This document shows, piece after piece, positions 9,169 to 18,518 of a DNA stretch of 64,000 nucleotides. Below the pieces are notes generated by a model. The model saw only the letters and a list, made by a program, of their open reading frames with translations, made no database searches and was not told where the DNA came from. The stretch is from the NCBI RefSeq assembly GCF_052102115.1, contig NZ_JBQDVP010000007.1, positions 1,605 to 65,604 of the forward strand, read 5' to 3'. Numbering within the stretch: position 1 is the first letter of the stretch; each line of letters opens with the position of its first letter. The DNA comes from Microbacterium sp. Lineage in GTDB: Bacteria; Actinomycetota; Actinomycetes; Actinomycetales; Microbacteriaceae. Made by a program: the position numbers and the translations under genes.

Positions 9169-10945
9169 GGACCACGGTGCGGGTGAGCAGCCACCGCGCA
9201 CCCGGGCAGAGGCCCGCGCAGCGCGCGAGGCCGCAGAGCGTGAAGCCGCAGAGCGTGAGCCCGCTGAGCGCGAGCCCGCTAAGGAGCCTCCCCGCGGGTC
9301 GTTGAGCGAGGAGCGCAGCGACGAGACGAAACGGGTTGAGCGAGCGCCAGCGAGTCGAAACCCCGAGCCGACACCCCCCGAGATCCCGCGTGCGCCGGAG
9401 GGGGAGCGGCTTCGACTCCCTCCGGTCGCTCAGCCCGTTTCGTCTGCGGCTGCTGCGCAGCCTCCGCTCAACGACCACGACGACGCTCCCGATCCCACCC
9501 GCGGGTCGTTGAGCGAGGAGCGCAGCGACGAGACGAAACGGGTTGAGCGAGCCGAAGGCGAGTCGAAGCCACCAGCCCCGAAGAACCGCCGCTTCCTGTA
9601 CACGATCCTCGCGGTCGTCGGTGTTCTCGTGGTCGTGGTGGCCGGGCTCAGCGTGGTCAGCCTCTTCCAGGGCCCTCGCGTATCCGAGGTGCAGGTCGAT
9701 GCCGCCGAGGCCATCCAGGTCTCGGGAAGCCGCGTCATCCTCACGGCGAATCAGTCCCTGCAGGAGATCGACGAGTCGCAGGTCTCCGTCGAACCCGCCG
9801 CGCCGTTCACCATCGACGCCGCCGGCCGCAACGTCGGCATCCGCTTCACCGTCCCCCTCGACGACGCGACCGATTACACGGTCCGCGTCGCGGGTGTCAC
9901 CGGCGAAGGCGGCGGTCCGACGTCCGATCTGTCGACGACCTTCACGACACCGGCATCCGAGATCTTCCTGCTGAATCGCACGGACGACGACGATTCGATC
10001 TTCCGCACCGACCTCAGCGGAGAGAAGGCCGTTCCCGTCTTCGCGCACCCGCGCATCAACGACTACCGTTCGACGTCGACCTCGCTGGTCGTCGCGGTCG
10101 AGGATGACGATGGTTCCCGCATCCTCGTCATGGATCACGAGGGTGAGAATGTGCGCGAGCTCCCCCTCCCCGGCGACGGGTTCGTCAGTTCTGTACAGGT
10201 GTCCGAGCGCGGCGGGCTGGTCGGCTACACCTATTCGGACAAGAAGATCACTGAGGACAGCGGGCGCGCCAGCGTGCTCGTGACCCAGCTGCTCAGCGGC
10301 GAGGGTGAGCCGCAGATCATCGAAGTGGGCGGAGAAGAGGCGAGTATCGCCGAGTGGCAGTTCGTGCCCGACTCGGCTGCCGTGCTGTTCATCGACTTCG
10401 ACGGTGCGCTGTCGTTGGATGATCGATCCGGCGACGCCGGTGCGCAGAGCATGGGACTCGCGGCACGGCTTCTCGGCGTCTCGCGCGGAACGTACACCGC
10501 CGTCGTCGAGCGGGCCGATCAGACGATCGTCGAGCTGAATCTGGCCGACGGGGCCGAGACGCCGCTGGCGGCATCCGACCCCGACTTCGGCCCGGCGACG
10601 GAGATCACGCCTTTCCCCGGTGGCACGCTGCGCCACGTCGTTGCTCGGGATGCGGGGGGCCTGCCCACCGGTCAGGCGACCATCCGCGTCGACGACGAGG
10701 GTGTCGCAGAGCCGCTGCTCGAGGTCGAATCCGGCAATGCGATCCTGCAGGCGTGCGCGTCGCCGAGCGGACAGTACGCGGCTGTCACTGTCGCCCCGAA
10801 CCTCGCCGACAACGCCTACGACAACCTGCTCGTGCCGCTGCCGAAGACGCTCGAGACGCACCTGTTCGATCTGCGGAGCGGCGAGGAGCTCGTCGCACTC
10901 ACCGGGTTCGACGCGTCGTGGTGTCAGATGGCGCCGTCGTTCTGA
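9158..10945 (+). CDS. Membrane-anchored hypothetical protein (Ig-like plus propeller-like extracellular region) with a REP-derived N-terminal tail
   Basis: Start overlaps the upstream stop (ATGAGTACTGA). One TM (ILAVVGVLVVVVAGLSVV); beta-rich C-terminal region. Confidence 0.6.
   Translation: MSTEDHGAGEQPPRTRAEARAAREAAEREAAEREPAEREPAKEPPRGSLSEERSDETKRVERAPASRNPEPTPPEIPRAPEGERLRLPPVAQPVSSAAAAQPPLNDHDDAPDPTRGSLSEERSDETKRVERAEGESKPPAPKNRRFLYTILAVVGVLVVVVAGLSVVSLFQGPRVSEVQVDAAEAIQVSGSRVILTANQSLQEIDESQVSVEPAAPFTIDAAGRNVGIRFTVPLDDATDYTVRVAGVTGEGGGPTSDLSTTFTTPASEIFLLNRTDDDDSIFRTDLSGEKAVPVFAHPRINDYRSTSTSLVVAVEDDDGSRILVMDHEGENVRELPLPGDGFVSSVQVSERGGLVGYTYSDKKITEDSGRASVLVTQLLSGEGEPQIIEVGGEEASIAEWQFVPDSAAVLFIDFDGALSLDDRSGDAGAQSMGLAARLLGVSRGTYTAVVERADQTIVELNLADGAETPLAASDPDFGPATEITPFPGGTLRHVVARDAGGLPTGQATIRVDDEGVAEPLLEVESGNAILQACASPSGQYAAVTVAPNLADNAYDNLLVPLPKTLETHLFDLRSGEELVALTGFDASWCQMAPSF
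9291..9570. repeat. REP-like array inside a CDS (forward, reverse, forward units)
   Basis: 55-nt identical direct repeat starting at 9291 and 9498, with an inverted degenerate unit at about 9409-9475 between them. Confidence 0.85.
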
Positions 10946-11601
10946 TGAAGCGGGCCGTCAGGGCCGACCTCGAGGCTCTGCCCCTCGAAGTGGCGCCGCG
11001 GCTCCTCGGAGCCCAACTGCGCACCGTCGTCGATGGCACCGAGGTGCGGCTGCGCATCACCGAGACTGAGGCGTATCACGGCCAGGGCACCGGCGACGTT
11101 CCCGACCCCGGCTCGCACGCGCGGATGGGGCGCACCGCTCGCAACGCCACGATGTGGGGCGAGCCGGGTCATCTGTACGTGTACCTCAGCCACGGCATCC
11201 ATTCGTGCGTGAACGTCGTGTGCGGGCCGGCAGGTACGGCCGGCGGTGTGCTGCTGCGCGCCGGTGAGGTTATCGACGGAGCGGATGCTGCGGCATCCCG
11301 CTCGGGTCGCGCCGGGCGCGACCTCGCTCGCGGACCGGGACGATTCGGGCAGGTGTCCGGGCTGCGGCATCCGCTGCATGACGGCATCGACGCCATTGCC
11401 GGATCAGAGTGGAACGGCGCGCGCGCCGAGCTGTGGTGGGGCACCGAAGAGGTCGTTGTCGTCTCCGGTCCGCGGGTCGGTGTCGCGGGGATTGCAGGGA
11501 CGGATGCCTTCCCCTGGCGCTTCTGGATCGAGGGCGACCCGACGGTGTCGGCGTTCCGCTGGGGACGCGGTGCTGCTGACGCCCAGGCCGTGCTAAACTG
11601 A
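10945..11601 (+). CDS. mpg: DNA-3-methyladenine glycosylase (MPG family)
   Basis: RITETEAY, GHLYVYLSHGIH.C.NVV, VLLRA, LARGPG, GPRVGV and PWRF motifs. Confidence 0.9.
   Translation: MKRAVRADLEALPLEVAPRLLGAQLRTVVDGTEVRLRITETEAYHGQGTGDVPDPGSHARMGRTARNATMWGEPGHLYVYLSHGIHSCVNVVCGPAGTAGGVLLRAGEVIDGADAAASRSGRAGRDLARGPGRFGQVSGLRHPLHDGIDAIAGSEWNGARAELWWGTEEVVVVSGPRVGVAGIAGTDAFPWRFWIEGDPTVSAFRWGRGAADAQAVLN
11594..11599 (+). promoter_or_regulatory. Putative -10 element (TAAACT) for the rpmB operon
   Basis: TGCTAAACT at the end of mpg, directly upstream of a structured leader. Confidence 0.5.
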
Positions 11602-11735
11602 CTCCTTGTCTGCGCACACTCCTGTGCGCAGTTCGTGTGCTGCTCGGTCCTTGAGTCTGACTTCGGGGCTGCGGCGCGCAGACAAGGGATCTTGGGTGAG
11701 GCCGTCCGGTCTCACGGTAATGAAGGAGTAATCAC

Positions 11736-11972
11736 ATGGCAGCAGTGTGCCAGGTGACTGGAGCAGTTCCCGGCTTCGGTCACAACATCTCGCACTCGCA
11801 CCGCCGGACGAAGCGCCGCTTCGACCCGAACGTGCAGAAGAAGACCTACTACGTGCCCTCGCTCGGTCGTAAGGTCACCCTGAACGTGTCCGCCAAGGGC
11901 ATCAAGGTGATCGACGCGCGCGGCATCGAGAAGGTCGTCGCGGACCTCCAGGCGAAGGGTGTGAAGCTCTAA
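11736..11972 (+). CDS. rpmB: 50S ribosomal protein L28 (non-zinc-ribbon type)
   Basis: [29 protein letters not shown]; only one Cys. Confidence 0.95.
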   Translation: MAAVCQVTGAVPGFGHNISHSHRRTKRRFDPNVQKKTYYVPSLGRKVTLNVSAKGIKVIDARGIEKVVADLQAKGVKL

Positions 11973-12142
11973 TGGCCAAGAAGGCTCAGGACGTACGTCC
12001 GATCATCAAGCTCCGTTCGACGGCGGGCACCGGTTACACCTACGTGACCAAGAAGAACCGTCGCAACACCCCCGACCGCATCGTGCTCAAGAAGTACGAC
12101 CCGGTAGTCCGCAAGCACGTCGAATTCCGAGAGGAGCGTTGA
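11972..12142 (+). CDS. rpmG: 50S ribosomal protein L33 (C- type); not in the ORF track
   Basis: Hand translation [56 protein letters not shown] (56 aa); TAATG overlap with rpmB. Confidence 0.95.
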   Translation: MAKKAQDVRPIIKLRSTAGTGYTYVTKKNRRNTPDRIVLKKYDPVVRKHVEFREER

Positions 12143-12145
12143 TCC

Positions 12146-12451
12146 ATGGCTAAGAAGAGCAAGATCGCTCGCAACGAGCAGCGCAAGGTCATCGTCGAGC
12201 GCTACGCCGAGCGTCGCGCCGAGCTGAAGAAGACGCTCGTCGACCCGAACGCTACCGATGAGGCCCGCGAGGCCGCCCGCGTCGGCCTGCAGAAGCTTCC
12301 GCGCAACGCGTCGCCGGTGCGCGTGCGTTCGCGTGACGCCATCGACGGTCGCCCCCGTGGCATGCTGACCAAGTTCGGCGTCTCGCGCGTGCGCTTCCGC
12401 GACATGGCCCACCGCGGCGAACTGCCCGGTGTGACCAAGTCGAGCTGGTAA
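12146..12451 (+). CDS. rpsN: 30S ribosomal protein S14 (long, Cys-free type)
   Basis: [14 protein letters not shown]...[20 protein letters not shown]...PGVTKSSW. Confidence 0.95.
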   Translation: MAKKSKIARNEQRKVIVERYAERRAELKKTLVDPNATDEAREAARVGLQKLPRNASPVRVRSRDAIDGRPRGMLTKFGVSRVRFRDMAHRGELPGVTKSSW

Positions 12452-12460
12452 GCATCGCTT

Positions 12461-12498
12461 GAAAGGGGCGAGGATCTTCGGATCCTCGCCCCTTTTCG
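12461..12498 (+). terminator. Intrinsic terminator after rpsN
   Basis: GAAAGGGGCGAGGATC-TTCG-GATCCTCGCCCCTTTTC hairpin with UUCG loop and T tail. Confidence 0.85.
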
Positions 12499-12822
12499 TG
12501 TGCCCGGGGCGTGCGCCCGCCGCGGCCTCGGGCGGAGTTCTCGCGCTGGGGAGGAGTTCTGGCGCAGCATCCTCCTCCCCACGCTGTGTTCTCCTCCCCA
12601 GCGGGTGAGCGACAACATCCGCAAGAGCGCGCGGCACACGCCCATTCCTGTGACTGGAGTGACTGATGTGACTCGACACGCCCAATAAAACCCCAAAACC
12701 CGCGAAATGACGCGGAAAAACAGGTGTCGGTTGGTACATTCGAGGCGGTCGATCGACCAACGGGCGGCATCCGTCACCCGAACCACGAATTATGCGACGT
12801 GAACCCGTCGCTGGAGGATGAC

Positions 12823-13110
12823 ATGGCTGACAAGTCCATCACCAAGACCGAGCTCGTCGCGAGCATCGCTTCCGCCACCGGCCAGAGCCAGGCCACCGTC
12901 TCGGGCGTCCTCGACTCGCTCTTCGGCACGGTGTCCGACGCAGTTGCCAAGGGCAGCAAGGTCTCGATCCCGGGCTGGATCTCGTTCGAGCAGGTCGACA
13001 CCGCCGCCCGCACGGGCCGCAACCCGCAGACCGGCGCCGAGATCAAGATCCCGGCCGGCAAGCGCGTCAAGGTGACCGCTGGCTCCAAGCTCAAGGCTGC
13101 CGTCAAGTAA
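12823..13110 (+). CDS. hup: HU family DNA-binding protein
   Basis: ITKTELVASIA...ARTGRNPQTGAEIKIPA; GGAGG RBS before ATG 12823. Confidence 0.93.
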   Translation: MADKSITKTELVASIASATGQSQATVSGVLDSLFGTVSDAVAKGSKVSIPGWISFEQVDTAARTGRNPQTGAEIKIPAGKRVKVTAGSKLKAAVK

Positions 13111-13123
13111 GACCGCTTCCTTT

Positions 13124-13157
13124 CACGAAGGCCGTCCCGCGAGGGGCGGCCTTCGTG
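13124..13157 (+). terminator. Hairpin terminator after hup
   Basis: CACGAAGGCCGTCCC-GCGA-GGGGCGGCCTTCGTG. Confidence 0.75.
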
Positions 13158-13219
13158 GTGCCAGGGGCTGGTTTCTGCGCCCGGTGAGAACCGGGACCGC
13201 GCGAGCTTAGGCTTGAGGG

Positions 13220-15274
13220 GTGAATCTCTCCGGCCCCGCGCGCGACACCACCCGCACCGCGCGCGAGGCGACGCCAGCGACGCCCGGCACGATGCCGGCA
13301 TCGTCGTACCGGGCCGCCGGCATCCTGATCCTGGCGACAACCGCGGCGATCGCGCTCGTCGCCTCTCTCGTGTTCGGGGGCGGCGCAGCGCCTCTGCTTG
13401 TGGGCGACCCGGGCGACTTCGTCCGCTGGAGCATCCCGATCGCGCGGCTGGTGAACAACCTCAGCGCCGCCGTCATGATCGGCCCGATGGTGTTGGCTCT
13501 GTTCGCCCTCCGCGCGGGCGAGAAGCCGTTCGACGTCGCGATGGATACGGCATCCATTGGCGCCGCTCTGTTCACGGTGTCATCCGCGGCCACCGGATTT
13601 CTGACGTTCCTCGGCGCATTCAACCCGCAGGTCAGCCTCGGCGAGCAGTTCGGCACCGATCTCGGCCGCTTCCTGCTCGCCCTCCCGCTCGGCCAGGCCT
13701 GGCTCATCACCACGATCATGGGCGCGGTCGTCACGATCCTCGCCTTCGCCTGGCGCAGCTGGACGCCCACTCTCCTCACGGCGATCATCGCCGTAGCCGC
13801 TCTCCTGCCGATGGCGCAGCAGGGGCACTCGGGCGAGCTCGCCGGACACGTCACCGCAGTGAACTCGATCCTGCTGCACACCGTCGGGGCCGCCGTCTGG
13901 CTCGGCGGGCTCGTGCTGCTGGTCATCCTGCACTTCATGAAGGGCGTTGATCCGCAGGCGCTCGTGCGCCGCTACTCGAGCATCGCGATCGCCGCGTTCT
14001 TCGTCGTCGCCGTCTCGGGCGTCGTGCGCTCGACGGTGGGGCTGGGCAGCTGGGAAGGGCTCTGGTCGCCCTACGGCCTCATCATCATCGCCAAGGCCGT
14101 GCTGCTCGGCGGCATGGGCCTTTTCGGCGCCTGGTACCGCACGCGGCTCATCCCGCGTCTGGACGGGGCGCGCGCGTCGAATTGGTTCTGGATGCTGGTG
14201 CTCGGCGAAGTCGCGCTGATGGGGCTCGCCTCCGGCGCCGCCGCAGCCCTCGCCCGCACACCGCCGCCGGTCGGGGAGACGGCCGCCGTGCGCCAGACGC
14301 CCGCCGAGATCCTCACCCGCTCGCCGCTGCCGCCCGAGTTCACGATCGACAAGTGGTTCACGGGGTGGGACTACGACATCCTCTGGGCGGTGGCCGCCGC
14401 ATTCGGCGCTTTCCTCTACCTCGCCGCCGTCTGGCGCCTGCACCGGCGCGGTGACCGCTGGCCGATCCACCGCACCGTGTTCTGGATGCTGGGCCTGCTG
14501 CTGCTGGTCTGGGTCACCTGCGGGCCGCTGAACATGTACCAGGAGTACCTGTTCAGCGTGCACATGCTGGGCCACATGATCCTGTCGATGGCGATACCGC
14601 TGCTGCTCGTCTCCGCGGCGCCGATCACGCTCGCGCTGCGCAGCATCCACAAGCGCGACGACGGCACGCGCGGCGGGCGCGAGTGGATCCTGTGGGCCGT
14701 CCAATCGCCGTTCTCTCGGGTCGTCACCCACCCGTTCGTCGCGGCCGGGATCTTCGTGGTCTCGCTGTGGGCGTTCTACTTCACCGACCTCGTCCGGTGG
14801 GCGATGTACGAGCACCTCGGGCACGAGTGGATGGTGATCCACTTCCTCATCTCGGGCTACCTGTTCGTGATGAGCCTGGTCGGCATCGACCCCGTGCCGT
14901 ACCGGCTGCCCTACCCGGGGCGTCTGATCACCCTCATCGCCGTCATGGCCATGCATGCGTTCTTCGGCCTGGCGATCATGATGCAGGAGGGGCTCATGGT
15001 CGCCGAGTGGTTCGGGGCGATGGGCCGCACCTGGGGTCCGACGCCGATGGAGGATCAGTACATCGGCGGCGGCATCGCCTGGTCGGTCGGCGAGATCCCG
15101 ACGCTCATCCTCGCGATCACGGTCGCCATCCAGTGGAGCCGCGACGACACGAAGGTGCAGCGCCGCACCGACCGCAACGCCGACCGAACCGGCGATGCGG
15201 AGCTCGAGGAGTACAACGCGAAGCTCGCGAAGATGGCAGAACGCGACAAGCGCGAAGCGGCGCGCGGCCGCTGA
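13220..15274 (+). CDS. Cytochrome c oxidase assembly protein (CopD-like + Caa3_CtaG fusion)
   Basis: GHS...H..GAAVWLGGL (CopD) followed by LFSVHMLGHM...H..FL.SGYLF...HAFFG...DQ..GG.IAW (CtaG). Confidence 0.85.
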   Translation: MNLSGPARDTTRTAREATPATPGTMPASSYRAAGILILATTAAIALVASLVFGGGAAPLLVGDPGDFVRWSIPIARLVNNLSAAVMIGPMVLALFALRAGEKPFDVAMDTASIGAALFTVSSAATGFLTFLGAFNPQVSLGEQFGTDLGRFLLALPLGQAWLITTIMGAVVTILAFAWRSWTPTLLTAIIAVAALLPMAQQGHSGELAGHVTAVNSILLHTVGAAVWLGGLVLLVILHFMKGVDPQALVRRYSSIAIAAFFVVAVSGVVRSTVGLGSWEGLWSPYGLIIIAKAVLLGGMGLFGAWYRTRLIPRLDGARASNWFWMLVLGEVALMGLASGAAAALARTPPPVGETAAVRQTPAEILTRSPLPPEFTIDKWFTGWDYDILWAVAAAFGAFLYLAAVWRLHRRGDRWPIHRTVFWMLGLLLLVWVTCGPLNMYQEYLFSVHMLGHMILSMAIPLLLVSAAPITLALRSIHKRDDGTRGGREWILWAVQSPFSRVVTHPFVAAGIFVVSLWAFYFTDLVRWAMYEHLGHEWMVIHFLISGYLFVMSLVGIDPVPYRLPYPGRLITLIAVMAMHAFFGLAIMMQEGLMVAEWFGAMGRTWGPTPMEDQYIGGGIAWSVGEIPTLILAITVAIQWSRDDTKVQRRTDRNADRTGDAELEEYNAKLAKMAERDKREAARGR

Positions 15275-15292
15275 GGGGCGCAGGCTGCGGCG

Positions 15293-16351
15293 TCAGCCCT
15301 CTGTCGGAGCGCCGACCCGGATCGACGCCGACCCGTCGGGGAGGATCGCGATCGTCCCGTCGACGCGGAACGGCACATCCTCGGACACGTGCTCGATCGA
15401 TCCGTCGTAGAGCGATTGGATGTCGACCTCGATGTGCGCCACCGCGTCGGTGGGCGGGATCTTCCACTGTCCGCCATCCGGCTCGACGGTGACGGCGGGC
15501 TGCTCGGTGATCGACCACACCGGCGGCTCGACGATGCGGTTCTGCACCTCGAGACCGAACGGGCACGCCGTGGGCTGCAGCACCTGCTGCGTGGTGCATT
15601 CGGTGAGGAACTCCTCGACGCGGGTCTGCACGACCGAGATGAACTCGTCGGTCGGCGCGGTCTGCACTTCGATCGGCGTCTGCGTGAGCGGCGAGTCGGC
15701 GAGGACGCTGACCCCTGGCGACGCCGAGATCGCGGTGCCGACGTTCACCGCGTAGAGACCGGGTGTGAACACGAGCATGGGCACGGGATCGGTTGCCGGC
15801 GACGCGGTCCCGGCCGCGGAAACCTGCGCCCGCTGGACCTCGAAGCCGTTCACCGCGAAGCTGTCGGCACCGAGCACGGTGAGCGAGACGGCGGCGAGGG
15901 GCGACTGCGCGAACCGCCAGTTCGGGGTCACTCCCGCCCACCCGGCCTGCTCGACCTCGAACGTGGTCGTGCCCTGGTGGGAGCCGGCGAGATACGAGAC
16001 CGTGACCGCGGTGACGTCGTCGGACGTCTCTTCGGAGACGACGTCGACGTCGGTCAGCGGTGCGAGGGCCGCCTCGCGGAGCAGCGCCTCGGATGCCGTC
16101 GCGTCGATGCCCGATTCCTCGAGGATGCTGCGATCGAGCGCCACCCCGGGCATGAGCAGGGCGTCGGCGGCTCGCCCGGTGGAGAGCATGTCCAGGTAGC
16201 GGGTGACGAACGCGGCGGGGCCGTAGAACTCCTTATACAGCCCCATCACGCTCGCCCCGAGCGCGGCGATCAGCAGAGCGCCGACGACCGCGAGCGCGGT
16301 CAGATCGACCCACAACCGGCGGCGCCGGGGCGTCGTCGAGCCCTGATCCAT
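15293..16351 (-). CDS. Conserved hypothetical single-TM membrane protein
   Basis: 352-aa ORF with N-terminal TM and genome-like codon usage; TAGACT -10 lies 6 nt before the ATG. Confidence 0.7.
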   Translation of the reverse strand: MDQGSTTPRRRRLWVDLTALAVVGALLIAALGASVMGLYKEFYGPAAFVTRYLDMLSTGRAADALLMPGVALDRSILEESGIDATASEALLREAALAPLTDVDVVSEETSDDVTAVTVSYLAGSHQGTTTFEVEQAGWAGVTPNWRFAQSPLAAVSLTVLGADSFAVNGFEVQRAQVSAAGTASPATDPVPMLVFTPGLYAVNVGTAISASPGVSVLADSPLTQTPIEVQTAPTDEFISVVQTRVEEFLTECTTQQVLQPTACPFGLEVQNRIVEPPVWSITEQPAVTVEPDGGQWKIPPTDAVAHIEVDIQSLYDGSIEHVSEDVPFRVDGTIAILPDGSASIRVGAPTEG

Positions 16352-16421
16352 GGGGCAAGTCTAGAAGGACGGGCTGTGACAGTGCCGAGCACGACGGCCC
16401 ATGCGACGTACCATGAGAGTC

Positions 16422-17813
16422 GTGTCTTTTCCCGCCCTCTCCGTCGAACAGCAGGAGCTGTTCCGGCTCATCGAGGACACCAGGGAGCACGTATTCATCA
16501 CCGGCCGCGCCGGAACCGGAAAATCCACGCTGCTGCAGTACTTCGCGTGGCACACCGAGAAGCAGATCGCGATCTGCGCGCCGACCGGCGTTGCCGCCCT
16601 CAACGTCGAGGGGCAGACGATCCACTCGCTGTTCCGGCTCCCGATCGGTCTCATCGCCGAGGGCGAGATCGAGCAGAACGACGCCACCCGCCGCATCCTC
16701 AACGCCATCGACACGCTCGTCATCGATGAGGTGTCGATGGTCAACGCCGACCTCATGGACGGCATGGACCGGGCGCTGCGCCAGGCGCGAGGCCGGCGGG
16801 CCGAGCCGTTCGGCGGGGTGCAGGTCGTCATGTTCGGCGACCCGTACCAGCTGGCACCGGTGCCCCCGCGCGGTGACGAGCTGCGCTACGTGCAGGATCA
16901 CTACCGCTCATTCTGGTTCTTCGACGCGAAGGTGTGGGCGGGCGCGACAATGGGCGACGCCGACGGCCTCATGGACCTCGGCAGGCACGGCGCACCGCTG
17001 CACGTGCGTGAGCTCGTGCAGATCCATCGGCAGTCCGACGACGGGTTCAAAGCCATGCTGAACGCCGTGCGCTATGGACGGGTGACCGCCGAGATCGCCG
17101 AGGTGCTCAACACTCAGGGGACGCGCACGCCGCCCGATCCCGAACCGGGTGAGATCCCGATGATCACCCTCGCCACGCGCAACGACATCGTCAACAACAT
17201 CAATCGGCGCCATCTCGCAGCTCTTCCGGGTAAGGAGCAGACAGCCCGCGCCGAGATCAACGGCGACTTCGGCCGGGGCGAGGGCAATTTTCCGGCCGAC
17301 TCCGACCTGAAGCTCAAGGTGGGGGCGCAGGTCATGTTCCTGCGCAACGACGTCTCGATGACGGGCGAACCGCCGCGGTGGGTCAACGGCACGATCGGCA
17401 CAGTCAAACGCATCCTCGGCGGTTCGGTGCGCGTCGAGATCGACGGCGAAGACGTCGACGTCGAGCCAGCGGTCTGGGAGAGGTTCCGCTATTCGTACGA
17501 CCAGAACACCAAGACGCTCAGCCGCGACGTCATCGCGGAGTTCACGCAGTTTCCCCTGCGGTTGGCGTGGGCGGTGACGATCCACAAGTCGCAGGGCAAG
17601 ACGTACGACCGTGCGATCATCGACCTCGGTGGCGGCGCCTTCGCCCCGGGGCAGACGTACGTGGCGCTGTCGCGGCTGACCGCGCTCGACGGCCTCTACC
17701 TGTCACGGCCACTGCGGCCCAGCGACATTCGCGTCGATCAGGACGTTCGCCGGTTCATGCGCGAGGCCTGGGAGGCGCGGCAGTCGTCGACGCCGCAAGT
17801 CTCCGGCAGCTGA
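16422..17813 (+). CDS. Pif1/RecD-like SF1B DNA helicase
   Basis: GRAGTGKS, APTGVAA, LVIDEVSM, GDPYQL and LAWAVTIHKSQG motifs. Start is uncertain (16401/16413/16422). Confidence 0.88.
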   Translation: MSFPALSVEQQELFRLIEDTREHVFITGRAGTGKSTLLQYFAWHTEKQIAICAPTGVAALNVEGQTIHSLFRLPIGLIAEGEIEQNDATRRILNAIDTLVIDEVSMVNADLMDGMDRALRQARGRRAEPFGGVQVVMFGDPYQLAPVPPRGDELRYVQDHYRSFWFFDAKVWAGATMGDADGLMDLGRHGAPLHVRELVQIHRQSDDGFKAMLNAVRYGRVTAEIAEVLNTQGTRTPPDPEPGEIPMITLATRNDIVNNINRRHLAALPGKEQTARAEINGDFGRGEGNFPADSDLKLKVGAQVMFLRNDVSMTGEPPRWVNGTIGTVKRILGGSVRVEIDGEDVDVEPAVWERFRYSYDQNTKTLSRDVIAEFTQFPLRLAWAVTIHKSQGKTYDRAIIDLGGGAFAPGQTYVALSRLTALDGLYLSRPLRPSDIRVDQDVRRFMREAWEARQSSTPQVSGS

Positions 17814-17821
17814 AACCGCCC

Positions 17822-18469
17822 TCAGGCCGCCACGCGCGCTCGGTCGAGGTCTTCGAACAGCTCGGTGTTGAACCGGTAGGCCAGCAGCACCTCGTCGATA
17901 ACGCGCTCGCGTTCTGCGTCATCCCAGGGAGCAGCATCCAACTGCTCGCGGTAGACGTCCTTGAATGCGCTCGGGTCGGCGATGTCGTCGAACAGATAGA
18001 AGCCGACACCGTTGGTCTCGAAGCCGAAGCGGCGCTGCATGATCCGGCCGATGAAGATGCCGCCGGAGAGGTCGCCCAGGTAGCGGGTGTAGTGGTGGGC
18101 GACGAAACCGCCTGACCAGGTGGCGCCGACCTCGTTGATGCGGGCGACGTAGCGCTCCGTCGTCGGCAGCGGAACGATCTGCTCACGCCAGTCAGGGCCG
18201 ACGAGGAACTCGAGGTCGGCCTCCAGGGCGGGCAGTCGGGTGAGCTTGTCACTGATGAAGACGGACGCCACCGGGTCGCGCCGCATGCGCTCGCCGGCGG
18301 ACTCGAGTGCCTCGTAGATGAAGTAGTGCTGGGCGACGAGGGAGATGTAGTCCTCGCGAGATCCTTCGCCCTTGAGCAGGTCCGCCATGAACCCGGCGTG
18401 CTCGCTGCGCGAGTGCGAGCTGGACGAGCGCTCACGGAGCGCGGCGGAGAAGGAGAGGATTTCAGCCAT
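17822..18469 (-). CDS. Heme oxygenase (biliverdin-producing)
   Basis: H..EH proximal helix, FVAHHYTRYLGDLSGG and AYRFN motifs. Confidence 0.9.
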   Translation of the reverse strand: MAEILSFSAALRERSSSSHSRSEHAGFMADLLKGEGSREDYISLVAQHYFIYEALESAGERMRRDPVASVFISDKLTRLPALEADLEFLVGPDWREQIVPLPTTERYVARINEVGATWSGGFVAHHYTRYLGDLSGGIFIGRIMQRRFGFETNGVGFYLFDDIADPSAFKDVYREQLDAAPWDDAERERVIDEVLLAYRFNTELFEDLDRARVAA

Positions 18470-18479
18470 GGCCCCAGTG

Positions 18480-18498
18480 TAAGGGGAACCTAACCTGA
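18480..18498. promoter_or_regulatory. Putative IdeR/DtxR iron box over the heme oxygenase promoter
   Basis: TAAGGGGAACCTAACCTGA matches TWAGGTWAGSCTWACCTWA at 15/19 and overlaps the -10 (TACACT, minus strand 18481-18476). Confidence 0.75.
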
Positions 18499-18518
18499 TC
18501 GGGAAGCCCCCCGATGCC

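Noticed and set aside
2457-9570. Recurrent GTCGTTGAGCGA repeats as a CRISPR array
   Set aside because: Units are degenerate, occur in both orientations, lack regular unique spacers, and there are no cas genes. They fit REP/BIME-like elements.
11602-11735. Zur box upstream of the Cys-poor ribosomal protein operon
   Set aside because: I found no convincing TGAAAATNATTTTCA-like palindrome. These may simply be the housekeeping copies.
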